In this document: positions 36,931 to 48,899 of the stretch, in pieces
Numbering within the stretch: position 1 is the stretch's first letter
Layout: the number at the start of each line of letters is the position of its first letter
DNA from: Anthoceros angustus
Taxonomy: Eukaryota; Plantae; Anthocerotophyta
Assembly: GCA_010909165.1 (NCBI GenBank)
Contig: MU008180.1
Location: 433,884-497,883 of the forward strand
DNA: 64,000 nucleotides
Reading direction: 5' to 3'
Translations under genes and position numbers: made by a program
Notes under the pieces: generated by a model
The model's input: the letters and a program-made list of their open reading frames with translations, nothing else
Databases searched by the model: none
Told to the model about the DNA's origin: nothing

Positions 36931-38665
36931 CTAAGAATGAGCTGCAGTTGGAGCCTCATCCTGGGTCTTGAATATAGGTTCACCAGCCTCCTCGTCCTTC
37001 AGAGCAGCAGCTTCAGCAGCATCTCGAGCTTCAGATAGGCCCCTCCTTCCAAGCTCATCCAAAAACACTCGTGTGTCCTGACGCTCAATCCGATAAGCAG
37101 TATGGGCTGCAGATGGAAATGTTCCACTTGATACCTCCTCTCGGTACTCAGATAAGGCATCTTGAATGACTTCTCCAACTTTCGCAAATTGTTTACAAAA
37201 TTTGGGAGTGACCTGCATTTGGAGAACTACGACGATCAGATACTTTAAACATACAGCTTCGTTCTTGGCATCTTCAACTTCAGGGTGGGAGGGCAATTAC
37301 CTTCTTGTAATGGGGATGCTGCATCATACCCAGTAGGTCGTGATAAACAAGCACCTGCAGCACATCCAAATAGTTTCTTATAAACTAGACTGTCTTAACA
37401 AATGGCAATTGGACAACGGGCAAGGGCAGCGATGGGAGATGAGACCAAACCTGGCCACTGCAACAAGGCCCTGCACCTATGCCAATCGTAGGGATGCCGA
37501 GGGCAGCCGTTACCGCAGCAGCAACAGGCGATGGGAGACATTCAAGAACAATGGCGAAGCATCCTGCGGCCTGCAATGCCAGAGCATGCTCCAAGACCTG
37601 CATGAACACAGCCACCATCTTGAGAGAAGCTCAGAAATGCACGACACGAAACATGTTTGCTGAAACTTGTTGCGACTGCCTTGCCTGCAAAGCACTTGTG
37701 GCAGTCTTGCCCTGTGGACGAAATCCTCCAAGTATGCTAATGGCCTGCGGTGTGAGACCAACATGCCCCATGACTGCAATGCCAGCTTCTGCAATGGCTT
37801 TGGCAGCTGCCACCCTGGACCCCCCGCCTCCTTCCATCTTGACAGCGTCCATGGATCCCTCCTTCAATAGCCGAGTAGCACTCTCCACAGCCTGAGAAGT
37901 GCTCTGCTCGTAGCTGCCAAAAGGAAGATCACCAACAAGCAGAGGCCGGCGAGCTCCTCGACTCACGGCACGGCAGTGCAGGATCATCTCGTCCAGTGTA
38001 ACAGGCAGAGTAGTATCATGACCATGGACCACCATCCCGACAGAATCCCCAACCAGAAGCACATCCATCCCGGCCTGGTCCACATGCACAGCAGAAGGGT
38101 AATCGTACGCCGTCACCATGGTGATGGGCAGCTTCTTCTGGTACTTGGCAACAATATGCTTCAATGTCACTCTCTTCCATGGAGACACATGCTGAGGTCC
38201 CCCGTACACTGTACTCTCGGGCACATGCGACATATGCCGTCTGCCTTGCTGCTGCTGCTGCAAGACATGCTCCGCCTCCGAATTGGCCACGGCAGCCAGA
38301 GAAGGGCTCCGTGTGTGACCATCATGCAGGAGGCGCACCCCGTCCCAAGACCGGCTTGCCAGAAGCCCTTCCAACGCGCTGCCCCTCATTCGGCGAGATG
38401 CCCGCGCCTGCATCGAGCTGGAACAGCCACAAGATGTTGAACAACGTCCCCCGTACACTGTACTCTCGGGCACATGCGACATATGCCGTCTGCCTTGCTG
38501 CTGCTGCTGCTGCAAGACATGCTCCGCCTCCGAATTGGCCACGGCAGCCAGAGAAGGGCTCCATGTGTGACCATCATGCAGGAGGCGCACCCCGTCCCAA
38601 GACCGGCTTGCCAGCAGCCCTTCCAACACGCTGCTCCTCATTCGGCCAGATGCCCGCGCCTGCAT
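36931..38665 (-). CDS. panB: 3-methyl-2-oxobutanoate (ketopantoate) hydroxymethyltransferase, mitochondrial
   Basis: [69 protein letters not shown]. The first intron has a GC donor at 37684. Confidence 0.95.
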
Positions 38666-38699
38666 CGAGCTGGAACAGCCACCAGATGTTGAACAACGT
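38197..38699. repeat. In-frame 249/252-bp tandem duplication at the panB 5' end
   Basis: Units start at 38197 and 38446. Nearly identical, differing by a few substitutions and one CAG codon. Confidence 0.96.
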
Positions 38700-39128
38700 T
38701 CGCAAGGACCAGAACCGGGTGCAGAGCAGAGCAGAGCAGAGCAGAATGTTGCTTCCACCCGAGACGCTATGGAAGATCAAGCACCCCAAGCCCGCCCGCC
38801 CCCTGAGGCTTCAGAACTGGCGGGGCAACAACCCGAGACAATCAAGCAACAGTGCTGGCAGTAGAAACACAAACAGCTGCGACACGGATCGTGAAGAAGC
38901 TCCGCAGTTAATCGAGAACCAGAACGATGCTCATAAATCTTTATGAGCACGATAAAGCCTTAAGCGAGATTGAAACTGTATGCAGCTGCTACACTGTCTT
39001 GTCTGCGTTACACTACCAGTTCTTCTCTTGCTTTTGAACACATTTGCGCTTGCTCTTCTCTTGCTCCTCTCGTCTCTTCTCTTGCTCTTGCTCTTGCTCT
39101 TCTACACAAGCATTGGGCCAGGCAGCGT

Positions 39129-39723
39129 CTACTCTTCTCGGATCGGGCGATTCCTTCTACCACCGCCAGCACCAACGGGCTGAGGCTCCGACGCCTCCTT
39201 CACAGGCTCCTCCTCTGGCGCAGCCAAGCCTTGCTCTTCCAACCTTTTCCTCTCCTCTTCCCCCTTCTCCCATTCTTGCAACTGGTGCAATGAAAACCAG
39301 TCCCCAGCCAGACAAGCGGTGCGTCAGAAGCCTTGCCTTTCAAATTCCACCAAGCAGGAAACGGGAGCGGGGGGACGCGGGACAGACCTCGGCGTAGTAC
39401 TCGTACTCGATGCGGCCTATCATGAGGCTCACTCCCACCCATACCAGCCCCACAATGCCGAACGGCAGGGCCGACAGGAAGATGATTGTGGAAGCGGATG
39501 CCGAAGCGGTCACCACCAGAGGGCGTCTCTTAGTTCTGCCAGCCTTGTCCAAGCTTCTGCTTCTGCACCTGCCAGCGCCCTGGGCCCAGAGTTTGCCGGT
39601 TCTGACCATCCGGAGGCCCGAGGCCTCAGCCCTGCCCGTGCCTGCCCTCGGGCAGCAGCTCGTCCTCTGTTGTGGCAAGCAGCAGCATCCCTGCACACCT
39701 CCTGCGGCCAAAGCTTGCATCAT
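39129..39723 (-). CDS. HCF153-like small plastid single-TM protein (cytochrome b6f accumulation factor family)
   Basis: Exons 39723-39388 and 39281-39129. Transit peptide ending RRPLVVTA, hydrophobic segment, acidic helix, C-terminal RRNRPIREE (cf. recalled HCF153 RNRPKRE). Confidence 0.65.
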
Positions 39724-40377
39724 CTTGGTTCGGTGTATTCGTCTTGGTTTCGTGTGCTCTCAGTCGCGCAGGAGCTTGCTATGAGAAATCCTTCTACAAC
39801 CTCGCTTCACCTGCGCGGCCAATGTGGGCGGCATCGCTGCGGTTTCTGGACGCTGTTGTGGACGCAGGAGCAATGCACACACTCCGTCATCCCAGTGCTT
39901 TGCTTCCTAAAAGTAGACAGGAGTTTCAGGATCCGGAAGCTGTTTCTAAACGTCAACGTTATCCGTTGCTCACCTGCGGTGGGGAGCTTAGCTTCCAAGC
40001 CTGGCTTTTAAATCAACACACACCCAGCTGTCAGCCGGGATGTGGGTAGATCCTAGATGCCAGAAGCACATACATAAGAGTATCTATCTACAGATCCACT
40101 GCCGACACTACCAACACCCTTTACAGGGAGTCTGACTCCACATCAAGTGCTCACGGACTCTAGGAACTCATTTCTACAACTCTACCAGGGCAACTGATGC
40201 TGACAAAATTTTGTGACACTAGGCTAGGCCTCACCATTCTAGTGCATTACAAAAATGCCTGCAGTCGAAGTTGGAAAGCTCACTGTCCATGAACCGGGAA
40301 TCCGTTGTAGAAGACAGTTCTTGATGCAGGACTGCAGGGGGAATCCACACCCTGCACACACTGCAGGTGAGACAGCT

Positions 40378-43300
40378 TTACTCTTCTGCCTCGCCGCCAA
40401 GAGCTGCAATGTTGGTGGAGCTGCTAGACCGGGCAGAATATTCGTGAACAAGGGCGGAGAACAAGGAGTGGTGGTTATCCAGGAGCCTGGACGGGCTGTC
40501 AAACTCCTTCACGTGTCCAGCATCCAGAACCAGAACCTTGTCACTGTCCATGACGGTCGGGATGCGGTGGGCGATGCTGACAACAGTGCAGTGGGCAAAT
40601 TCCTCCTTGATGGTTCTCTGGATGATGGCATCTGTCTGCGAGTCGACTGACGCTGTTGCTTCGTCCAGAACTAAGATCCTGCTATGCTTCAAGATGGCAC
40701 GGCCTAGGCAGAACAGCTGCCTCTGACCCATGCTCCAGTTGTCTCCGTTTCCTAGAACCGGGAAATCCAGCTTTTCGTCAGTGTCCCGGACAAGGGGAGC
40801 CAGCTGACACTTCTCGAGGGCCGCCCAGATTTCCGGGTCACTATGTTCTCCCAGAGGATCGATGTTCGATCTGACAGTGCCCTCAAAAAGAGTGGGATCC
40901 TGAGGGATGATGCTGAATTTGCTGCGAAGGTCTTTCAGCCCGATGGTAGAGATATCCAGATCATCGATGAAGACCTTGCCATCAGCAGGCTCAACGAGTC
41001 TGAAAATCGCCAAGATGAGAGTGGATTTGCCGCTTCCAGTCCTACCAACCACTCCAACCTTCTGGCCCCCTTGGATATTCAAGTTGATACCCTTGAGAAC
41101 CAGAGGTGTGTCAGGGCGGTACCGCAAATGCAAATTCTTCAGAACAATGCTACCTCTCTGTGGCCACTCTGGAGCTGGCCTGTGATCCTCAATAATAGCA
41201 GGAGCTTCACTTGGGATGCCACAGTACTGATTGATGCGTTCCACTGAAACCATCTTGTTCTCCAGCTGACAGGCAAGATAAATAACTCCAAACATGCAAC
41301 CGTTAAGTGCGAGACCATAGGACAGGGAGAGTCCCACCTTCTCAGAAGAAATTACGTTCCTACCAATGGTAACCATCAGAAGAGCAGATGCGGACAAGAC
41401 CACAGTTCCAATGAATTCCAAACGATAGCCCAGCCACTCGTTTGCGGCATTGTTGTGAAAATCCATCCTCAGGTTAGAGTTCACCCGCTGCACATTCACC
41501 ACAGAAAACCGCTCTTGCTCCTGGAAGGCTCGGATAGTAGTGAACCCAGAGATAGTTTCAGAGAAGTGGTTGATAACAGGCGATTTCGTCAATGAGTCAA
41601 TGCGGGTGAGCTCCCTCGAGGTTGTAATGAAGTGGCGCTGATACCAGAGGTAAAGGAAAAACAGAGGAACCACAACGAAGATCATCTCCCACGTAACCTG
41701 ACAAATCACCACTATGATTCCAAGAGCTTGAAACCCCTGAGCTAGGACTGTGCCAGCCAGAATGGGTATCAATATATCCACATTTGACTGATCCGTGGAA
41801 AACCTGGTAAGAATTCGTCCGGTGGGAGTTGTGTCAAAGTAAGACATGGGAGCAATCATGATGCTGCTAAGAAGTGAGACAAAGAAGGATTGGGCTGTCA
41901 TAAGGCCTGCAAAGGCCACTGTAACGGATCGCAGCAGCACGAAAAACCCACTCCCAAAAGCAAGTTCTCCGTAAACAGTGATAAAGTGGACTGGATCGAA
42001 GCTTGCAAAATTATCAGCTGCAGTCTGGTCGGCAAGGAAGTAATCACTTGCAATCTGCAACCCTTGCCAGAATGTCTGGAATATTACAAGTGCCACAACG
42101 TGCAGTCCTTTCAGAGCTTTGGTAGCATACAGCCAGTACACTGCTAGACCCACTTGTCCCGTGGCTCTTTCTTCATCCTCGATGAGCTTTGCCTTGCCTT
42201 TCTTCTGGGAAGCTGACTTGCTATCAGACCTGTCCAACTTGCGACTGCCGTGTTTCGAGCTCCCTTGTCTCTCCAACGATCTTGACTTACTCAGGCTCGA
42301 GCCCGAACGAGGCACGCTTGATGGGGACTTTGAAAGAAGAGGCTGCCTCTCTTGGTCTTCAGGTTCATCCTCCTCCTCCCAATCATCACCGGCAGCAACC
42401 AACTCCATAGCCTCATTGTGGGCAGCTATGAGAGCACTGAAGTCAGTTCCTGCTTCCAACAGACTCGCATACCTTCCAGACTGCACAATCTCCCCATCAC
42501 GCATAACAAGAATCAAATCTGCTTCTGGCAAAAACTCTACTTGGTGAGTGACCAGCAAGACTGTCTTTCTGGCGAGGGCTCCCCTCAGACAATGTTGGAA
42601 CAGCTCACTCCCTGTAGTTGCATCCACGGCACTGAACACATCGTCAAGGAAATAGATATCAGCATCCTGGTAGACGGCTCTGGCCAGCTGGATCCGCTGT
42701 TTTTGGCCTCCACTTAAGTTGATTCCTCGCTCACCAATCTCAGTTTGATCACCAAACTCCATCTGAGCAAAGTCAGCCTGCAGAGAACAAACTCGAACAG
42801 TCTCCTGGTACTTGGCTCGGTCCAAGGGTTTACCAAACAGAATGTTGTCCTGAATAGTTGCATTTTGTATCCACGCCGACTGAGCCACATACGCAGTCCT
42901 TCCGTTCACCTTTACCGTACCTGACAGTTTGGGCACCTCTCCAAGTAAAGCCATGAGAAGAGCAGACTTGCCAGAGCCAACCAAACCAACTATGGCAACA
43001 AACGAACCCTGCTCAATATGCAGATTAATGTCCGACAGAGTAGGCCTCTCAGCATCAGGGACCCATTTGAACGCCCCTCCCTGTACCTCCACGGCATACT
43101 TGCTCACGTAAGCAGGCGAACGTTCTATAGCAGTCTCATCAAGTTCATCGCTCGAGATGTAGCGCTGCAGTCGGTCCACAGAGTTGAGGGCCTGCGAGAT
43201 GTTCATCAAAGCCTGGGGAAATAACCTCAACGGTTCTTGCATGATGCGAAAGGTTGAGAGGGCAGTGAAGACCTTAGCAGCAGTCAACTCTGTCCCAAAC

Positions 43301-45024
43301 AAGACACACAGGGCAAAAGTTGCAGTTGACACAGCAAGGGGTGACAACCAAAGCAAGAAGATGTTCACTGACAGCGTGTACATGAACTTGGTCAGCCAGC
43401 CACGTTCCCCTGACCTGACTCCTTCGATCTCGGCTCTGAACTTGTCTTCCCATGCCTGGAGCTTGATGATTTTCATACTGTTCAAAACCTCAGAGGTGAC
43501 GGCTACTCTATGATCCCTCGCTCCCATAATTTCACCAGTGTACCTCCGTTGCAAACTAGCAAAGGAGAAACTGACGACCAAGATAAGGATCATTATCCCA
43601 ATTCCTCCAAAGCATGCCGCACCGATGACAGTGTAGAGAATGACGAGGGCAACGATAGTCTGAAGAGGTAGCAGCCACACATTATGGAGCTGCAAAATGG
43701 AATCGGATATCTGTTGCACATCCACTGACATGTAGTTGACAATCTGCCCTACACCATGAGACTGTCGGGCATGGCTGGAAAGCTTCAAGCCCTTCCGATA
43801 CACAGTCGTGATCAAGGACGAGCGCAGCGTCATCCCCAACTTCTGACTGAAGAAATTGTAGTGGTGAGAGGACACCACTTCGATGTACTTAGCCGCAAAC
43901 AGAATCACAACCAACACAATTCCCTCATACGGGAACAACTCCTTCCCAGATGCATAATCCACAAACTGCGTGATGAGCAACGGACCCACGTACATAACAC
44001 ACAGCTTGAGGAGACACAAAAATCCCGTGAACGCAAAAGCCGGCCAGAAAGTGTAAACAAGGGCCCCTCTCACACTGCGTCTACCCTTCTCACTCTGAAA
44101 CCCAGCCTTGAGCCGGTCATAAAGCTTCTCCGCCTCATCGTCCGGGGCCAGCTGAGGCACATCCTTCAGTTCAAGAGGATGCTCCTTCCCTCTAGCGAGC
44201 AGGGGATTCATCCAAGTGAAAGTCAGCTTGCTGAGAAAGCCTGCGGTGGCGAAGCCCGTGATATCATACTCTCCGAACGAATCAGGATCCTCCACCAGCA
44301 ACGGCTCCTCCAGCCCACCCTCCACCAGGGACAAGCCAGTGGACCCGACACAGGCAATGACAAACAGGAAACCCACCACCGGGAAGGTAGCAATGGCAAC
44401 CACCCCGTCCACCCACAGCTGCGTTATGTGCGGTGCATCCGTCACGAACCGGTACACACTGGTATACAACGCCAGCAACCCGAACACGAAATTCACAACC
44501 CACCACGCCCGCAGAATGGCCGAATGCGTGGTTGCCCGAAACTTCTTCTCGTGCCCCACGATGGCGGCAAAGGTGAGCCAAGCCAGAGCCAGACTCCACG
44601 AAAACACCAGCTCCTGCACCGGGACATCGTACCCTCCCCACCAGCCCAGCCACACCCTCCACACGGCGATGGCCAGGTGAGCCACACCCACCACCGCTGT
44701 GGCAACAATGGTGGTGCTGTACACCGTGCTGGCATGCAGCCGGCGCTTCCCCAAACCCACCCCGTCGGTCCCGTTCTGAAGCGCGGCCTTGGCCGACCGC
44801 ACTGCCACCAGCCGGAACACGGCGTAGAGCAGCACCCCGAGCACGAACAGCAGGTGCACCGCCGCAACCAGCAGATGCTGCGGGCAGAAGGCGAAGAGCG
44901 CGTACTTCACCCACAGCCATACCCTGTAAACCAAGGACGCGTCTCCAGCAATGCCCGGCGCAGGGCAGGCAGTGAGCAGCACCGCGCCCAGCCCCTGACC
45001 GCTCGTCGCAAAATCCATCTCCAT
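40378..45024 (-). CDS. ABCC/MRP transporter (ABCC4/14-like), single exon
   Basis: Uninterrupted ORF with TMD0-TMD1-NBD1-TMD2-NBD2. GLVGSGKS, GINLSGGQKQRIQLARA, GRTGSGKS, NWSMGQRQL, LVLDEATASVD. Confidence 0.96.
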   Translation of the reverse strand: MEMDFATSGQGLGAVLLTACPAPGIAGDASLVYRVWLWVKYALFAFCPQHLLVAAVHLLFVLGVLLYAVFRLVAVRSAKAALQNGTDGVGLGKRRLHASTVYSTTIVATAVVGVAHLAIAVWRVWLGWWGGYDVPVQELVFSWSLALAWLTFAAIVGHEKKFRATTHSAILRAWWVVNFVFGLLALYTSVYRFVTDAPHITQLWVDGVVAIATFPVVGFLFVIACVGSTGLSLVEGGLEEPLLVEDPDSFGEYDITGFATAGFLSKLTFTWMNPLLARGKEHPLELKDVPQLAPDDEAEKLYDRLKAGFQSEKGRRSVRGALVYTFWPAFAFTGFLCLLKLCVMYVGPLLITQFVDYASGKELFPYEGIVLVVILFAAKYIEVVSSHHYNFFSQKLGMTLRSSLITTVYRKGLKLSSHARQSHGVGQIVNYMSVDVQQISDSILQLHNVWLLPLQTIVALVILYTVIGAACFGGIGIMILILVVSFSFASLQRRYTGEIMGARDHRVAVTSEVLNSMKIIKLQAWEDKFRAEIEGVRSGERGWLTKFMYTLSVNIFLLWLSPLAVSTATFALCVLFGTELTAAKVFTALSTFRIMQEPLRLFPQALMNISQALNSVDRLQRYISSDELDETAIERSPAYVSKYAVEVQGGAFKWVPDAERPTLSDINLHIEQGSFVAIVGLVGSGKSALLMALLGEVPKLSGTVKVNGRTAYVAQSAWIQNATIQDNILFGKPLDRAKYQETVRVCSLQADFAQMEFGDQTEIGERGINLSGGQKQRIQLARAVYQDADIYFLDDVFSAVDATTGSELFQHCLRGALARKTVLLVTHQVEFLPEADLILVMRDGEIVQSGRYASLLEAGTDFSALIAAHNEAMELVAAGDDWEEEDEPEDQERQPLLSKSPSSVPRSGSSLSKSRSLERQGSSKHGSRKLDRSDSKSASQKKGKAKLIEDEERATGQVGLAVYWLYATKALKGLHVVALVIFQTFWQGLQIASDYFLADQTAADNFASFDPVHFITVYGELAFGSGFFVLLRSVTVAFAGLMTAQSFFVSLLSSIMIAPMSYFDTTPTGRILTRFSTDQSNVDILIPILAGTVLAQGFQALGIIVVICQVTWEMIFVVVPLFFLYLWYQRHFITTSRELTRIDSLTKSPVINHFSETISGFTTIRAFQEQERFSVVNVQRVNSNLRMDFHNNAANEWLGYRLEFIGTVVLSASALLMVTIGRNVISSEKVGLSLSYGLALNGCMFGVIYLACQLENKMVSVERINQYCGIPSEAPAIIEDHRPAPEWPQRGSIVLKNLHLRYRPDTPLVLKGINLNIQGGQKVGVVGRTGSGKSTLILAIFRLVEPADGKVFIDDLDISTIGLKDLRSKFSIIPQDPTLFEGTVRSNIDPLGEHSDPEIWAALEKCQLAPLVRDTDEKLDFPVLGNGDNWSMGQRQLFCLGRAILKHSRILVLDEATASVDSQTDAIIQRTIKEEFAHCTVVSIAHRIPTVMDSDKVLVLDAGHVKEFDSPSRLLDNHHSLFSALVHEYSARSSSSTNIAALGGEAEE

Positions 45025-45714
45025 CTCCCGCAACCTCAAAGCTCAGCCGGCCCGGGGAAGCGCCTCACAAATTCCACATCCCCCCAGCCTTCCTGCGCCG
45101 CGCTCTGCTGCGGGCACGTGCACGAAGTGCTCACGAACAGGAAATCGAAGTGTCCGCAACGGCAGCGCAGACAGAAACCAGCTCCACCAATCCTCCACAC
45201 CCACCCGGGCCGAGTCGCGACTCGGATTTGAGACGCGGGGGTTGGGCGGTGCGGGGAGCAGGTCACCGCTGCCTCGCGCAGAGCATCGAGGCCTGAGGAA
45301 GAGGAGATGGCGACCCGGTGGCTCCAAGGGTCCTCGATGCAATTCCTGCGCCTTCCGTGGCGCCGGCTGCGGGGGAAGGGAAGCTTCGCTTTCAGCGTCC
45401 GACCCCTCTTCACACCGCGGGTTAGCGGCGCTGCACGTGACAGCGAAGCTCGGCACGTGGCGCCAAGCTTAGCCGCGGCTCGCTCCAATAATTGACTCAG
45501 CAGCAGTCGCCACGTTGTGCGCATTATATCGATGAGGAATCTCATCACCCCGGCTAATGCGCTGAGGGGCAAGTGTTTCCCTTCAGAACGTCAGAAGAAG
45601 AAGAAGGATTTTACTGAAGTGCAATTTGCCGCACGCTATTTCCGTGTACAAATATAATATATTCCATTGGTTACATTTGCCGCACGCCATTTCCCGTCAG
45701 ACCCTTCCCTTCCC

Positions 45715-46086
45715 TTCCCTGCACACTTGGAAGCGTCAACCAGAGTGGGAGTCACGGGTGACTTGTGGCAAAGATTCAAGCAATGGGAGTGTGAGGGAGG
45801 GTGGAGCTGGGCAATCGTCGTGGACAGCGTCGACGTGAGAGATCCAAGGACAGAGAGCTCACCTACGGATCTTTGATGACATCGTAGTCAGGCAGCCTCC
45901 CGAGCGTCCACAGGTTCCTAAGATGGCCATGCATCCGGATGGTCGTGCACAAGCTGTTACATGCCGCCGGTTATGCAGTGAAGTGAATCTTCTCTGCTAT
46001 TCGACTGACGAGGAACCCAACTTCCCACCACTGCCCAACCACAAACTGTGATGCGAAACAGTCCAGATGAGCCCTGCCTTCAGTTG
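45715..46086 (-). pseudogene. Decayed copy of the GCN5 bromodomain exon with flanking introns
   Basis: 45870-46086 aligns by eye to 51960-52170 (e.g. CCGGATGGTCGTGCACAAGCTGTTACA identical). 45736-45870 aligns to 51828-51960. Confidence 0.85.
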
Positions 46087-47174
46087 CACTGTCTGTACAT
46101 GTGTATCAATCTGCCCGCCAAGAACTGATGCATCTCGAGGCCTTGTTCTACGATTTGTGCATGTAGCTGCCTTCCCACGCACGAAGCTGCCACATTCTCA
46201 CATGCCTGCACAAGACAGGCAAATGTCACAGCATCTGGGACACCGATGCCGCCTTCTTGCAAAGCACTGTGAAGACGAAGGGCTTCCTGGCCCATGCCCC
46301 TGCGGGAAATATCCCGCAATCATAGCAGTCCATACTTTCTGGCCAAGCTTGGCATACATGTTCGCCAGACTGCTGGCTACGAACTCATCATCTTCATGTC
46401 CTTGTTCTCTAATCTGCATATGAAGGTGCTTCCCCCTTTCAGATGCCGGGGTGCCCACACTTGCACATGCCTGCAACAGGCAGGCAAATGTTACAGAATT
46501 GGTTACGGCCATGCCAAATTCTTGCGTAGTACTGTACACACGAAGGGCCTATAGCTCCATGTACCCTTCTGGGAATCCTGCTATCACGGCAGTCCACGTC
46601 ACTACATCTTTCTGATGAAGTCTAGCATCAAATGCTCTCTGAGTATCTTCCAAGCAACCACACTTTGCGTACATGTTCACTAAACTGTTGGCTACAAACA
46701 CATCACCTTCATGTCCTCCTGGCCTAATTCGAGCATGGAGATCCTTGCCCTCTCGCGCAAGCCTGCAGGAGGCACACAAATGTCACGGAATCAGGTAAAG
46801 CCATGCCTTTTTGTTACATCGCAGCATAGAGCCGCAGGGATTTCTGGCCCATACCATTCTGGCAATATCCTCCTATCATGGCAGTCCATGTCACCACACT
46901 CTTCTTACCAAGTCCGTGTGCCTCCTCCAGGCCTCCACAGCACATCAAGACAGATAAACCTTTCTCAACGCCAGAGCATGGACGCGGCTGACCCCTATAC
47001 CCGCGTCCATACCTTCAGCACCTTTCTAAAAAGGGACACGAAAACACTGCGCCCTCTTTGCACGAGAACTTCCAAAGCGTTACGAAGGCGGCCTCCACGG
47101 CACAGCTTGCTCACTGCTTCAGCCGTCACGCTCCTATCGTACCTGCATGCCGCTAATATTTTGCCTGCCATCCC
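46080..47174 (-). pseudogene. Frameshifted PLS-PPR pseudogene
   Basis: PPR motif pieces in different frames: VSKLCRGGRLRNALEVL, FVANSLVNMYAKCGCLED...VVTWTAVIAG, VTFACLLQAC, VWTAMIAGY. Multiple stops and frameshifts. Confidence 0.85.
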
Positions 47175-48899
47175 ACCGAAGCGTGGGGTCCCCAGAAATT
47201 TGCCCACAGAAATCCTCTTACCATGGCTTCTGCTGCTGCTGCGGTCTGGTCATCTCGTTTAGGGTTTAGGGCAAATTGGTGTGATCAGCCTGCCGAGCTC
47301 GCTCCGCAGGGTGGCATGGCACGAAAGGTTTCAAGCAGCAGAAGGTTTCAAGCAGATCACACAAAACACCCTCACTCAAACAGTTTGACTCCATCTAAGA
47401 TGACGAACACACTTAAACGTCTACAGCAGTTGCAGTCCCAGCTAGTGCGTAAGCGAGCACTTTTACCTGGAAACATAGATTTTACACATTACTGCCAGCT
47501 GCTGCAGCAGGCTTCATCGGGACCACGGCCATGGCTGCCTGTAGGCCAGCTGGTGTTTCCGGAAGAGCTGGCGATCAGCTGAATTGAAGGAACCTGCTGC
47601 TGGAAAACAAGATATTGCAAGCGTTCGTGTGAGAGCATGTTGTAAAACCGGTTTTCAGTAGCACTTGGCCGGATGGCGATGTGATTGACGGGCGAGCGAT
47701 GAATCGGCCAGGTTCTGTGATCAACCGACATGTAATTTACGCCAGCTGGGGTTGTTGTTTTGCTCAGAGTCCGTTGAAACTTGGTTGGGGCGTTGAGAGG
47801 AGATATTTCTTGGTGCAAGTAGTTTATAGGACACCTGGTACAAGAAGCATGCAGACACTGAACCACGTCTTGCAAATCGAAACTACTGGCGAGCATCCTC
47901 ACTGCGGCATCGTTGGATGGAGGTTTTCACGTTTGAAGTGTTGCCCTTGTACCTCGAACAGGCGAGGAATCAAAGACATGAAACCGTTTGGAGTTGGGCC
48001 CCGAAAGGACGATCAACTACTCCTCACCTGCCGAATAGCTCGCTCAGGAACAACGAAACAACGGCGTCGAGCGAAACTTTCGATAGCACGGACGGTCCAG
48101 ATGAGATTGCAGTTTTTAATGGCCTTGGCTGTGGTGTCGCTGCGACCGGTCTACCCAGGCGCGCTGGTATGCCGTTCGTGAGTCGCTTTCTTGGGTACCG
48201 CTACCACCTGTCGCTTGGGACTTATCGTCTTCGTCTTCGCCACGGTTGATTGGAGTGTCGCGGTGGCGAGACTCGAGCCTGTGCCAGCGAGCGTGCACTG
48301 TGGCTATGCTGTCAAGCTCTGCCGCGAGCGCCTCGCCGCCAACCCGCCGCCTGATGCTCGCGGCGGTTCCAGGCTGTGCGGGCTGCGCATTTCCGCATAC
48401 TGCTTCGGCTTCTTGAGGTTTTGTTGCTGTTTATTGGCGTTGCGGCAAGGGTGTGAGCCGGTGTGGAATTTCGGTGTGTTGAGGACCTGTCAGGACTGGA
48501 TTCCGAAGTTCTGGTGCTGCTGCGGGCTGGTGATCTCGTTTAGGGCCAATCGCATGTGATGAGCCTGTCACTTTCGTGTCCCGCTCGCTCAAGCTTTGTG
48601 CATGAGAGTTTGTACCGATGAGCTTGGAGTTTGGTCGGGGCTAGACGTAGTTTGAGAAGATTTGGTGGCGGCGGGGTCGGATGTTGCCGTCCGGCTCCGC
48701 TGAGCGGTGTTTTTTGCTCAGTTGAGCAATTGGAGGTGGAGTGGCACGCAACTGCGGGTGAGAGTTGCCGAGAATTGAACCAGCTAAGGAGCCCGGCAGG
48801 GGGCGGGTTGGGAGGGCCAGTAGGGGCAAGGAGGCCCAAGGGGGGGCTCAGGGCGGGAAAGGTAGTGCAGCAGCAGTAGGCTTGATCGACCCAGGCAGC

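Noticed and set aside
47258-47271. TTTAGGG doublet (single telo-box motifs also near 22772 and 54716) as interstitial telomere
   Set aside because: Only one or two units, which is ordinary for telo-box promoter motifs.
47220-48880. Overlapping 100-170-aa ORFs upstream of MTP
   Set aside because: No domain recognised; compatible with 5'UTR, intron and promoter sequence. Left unassigned.
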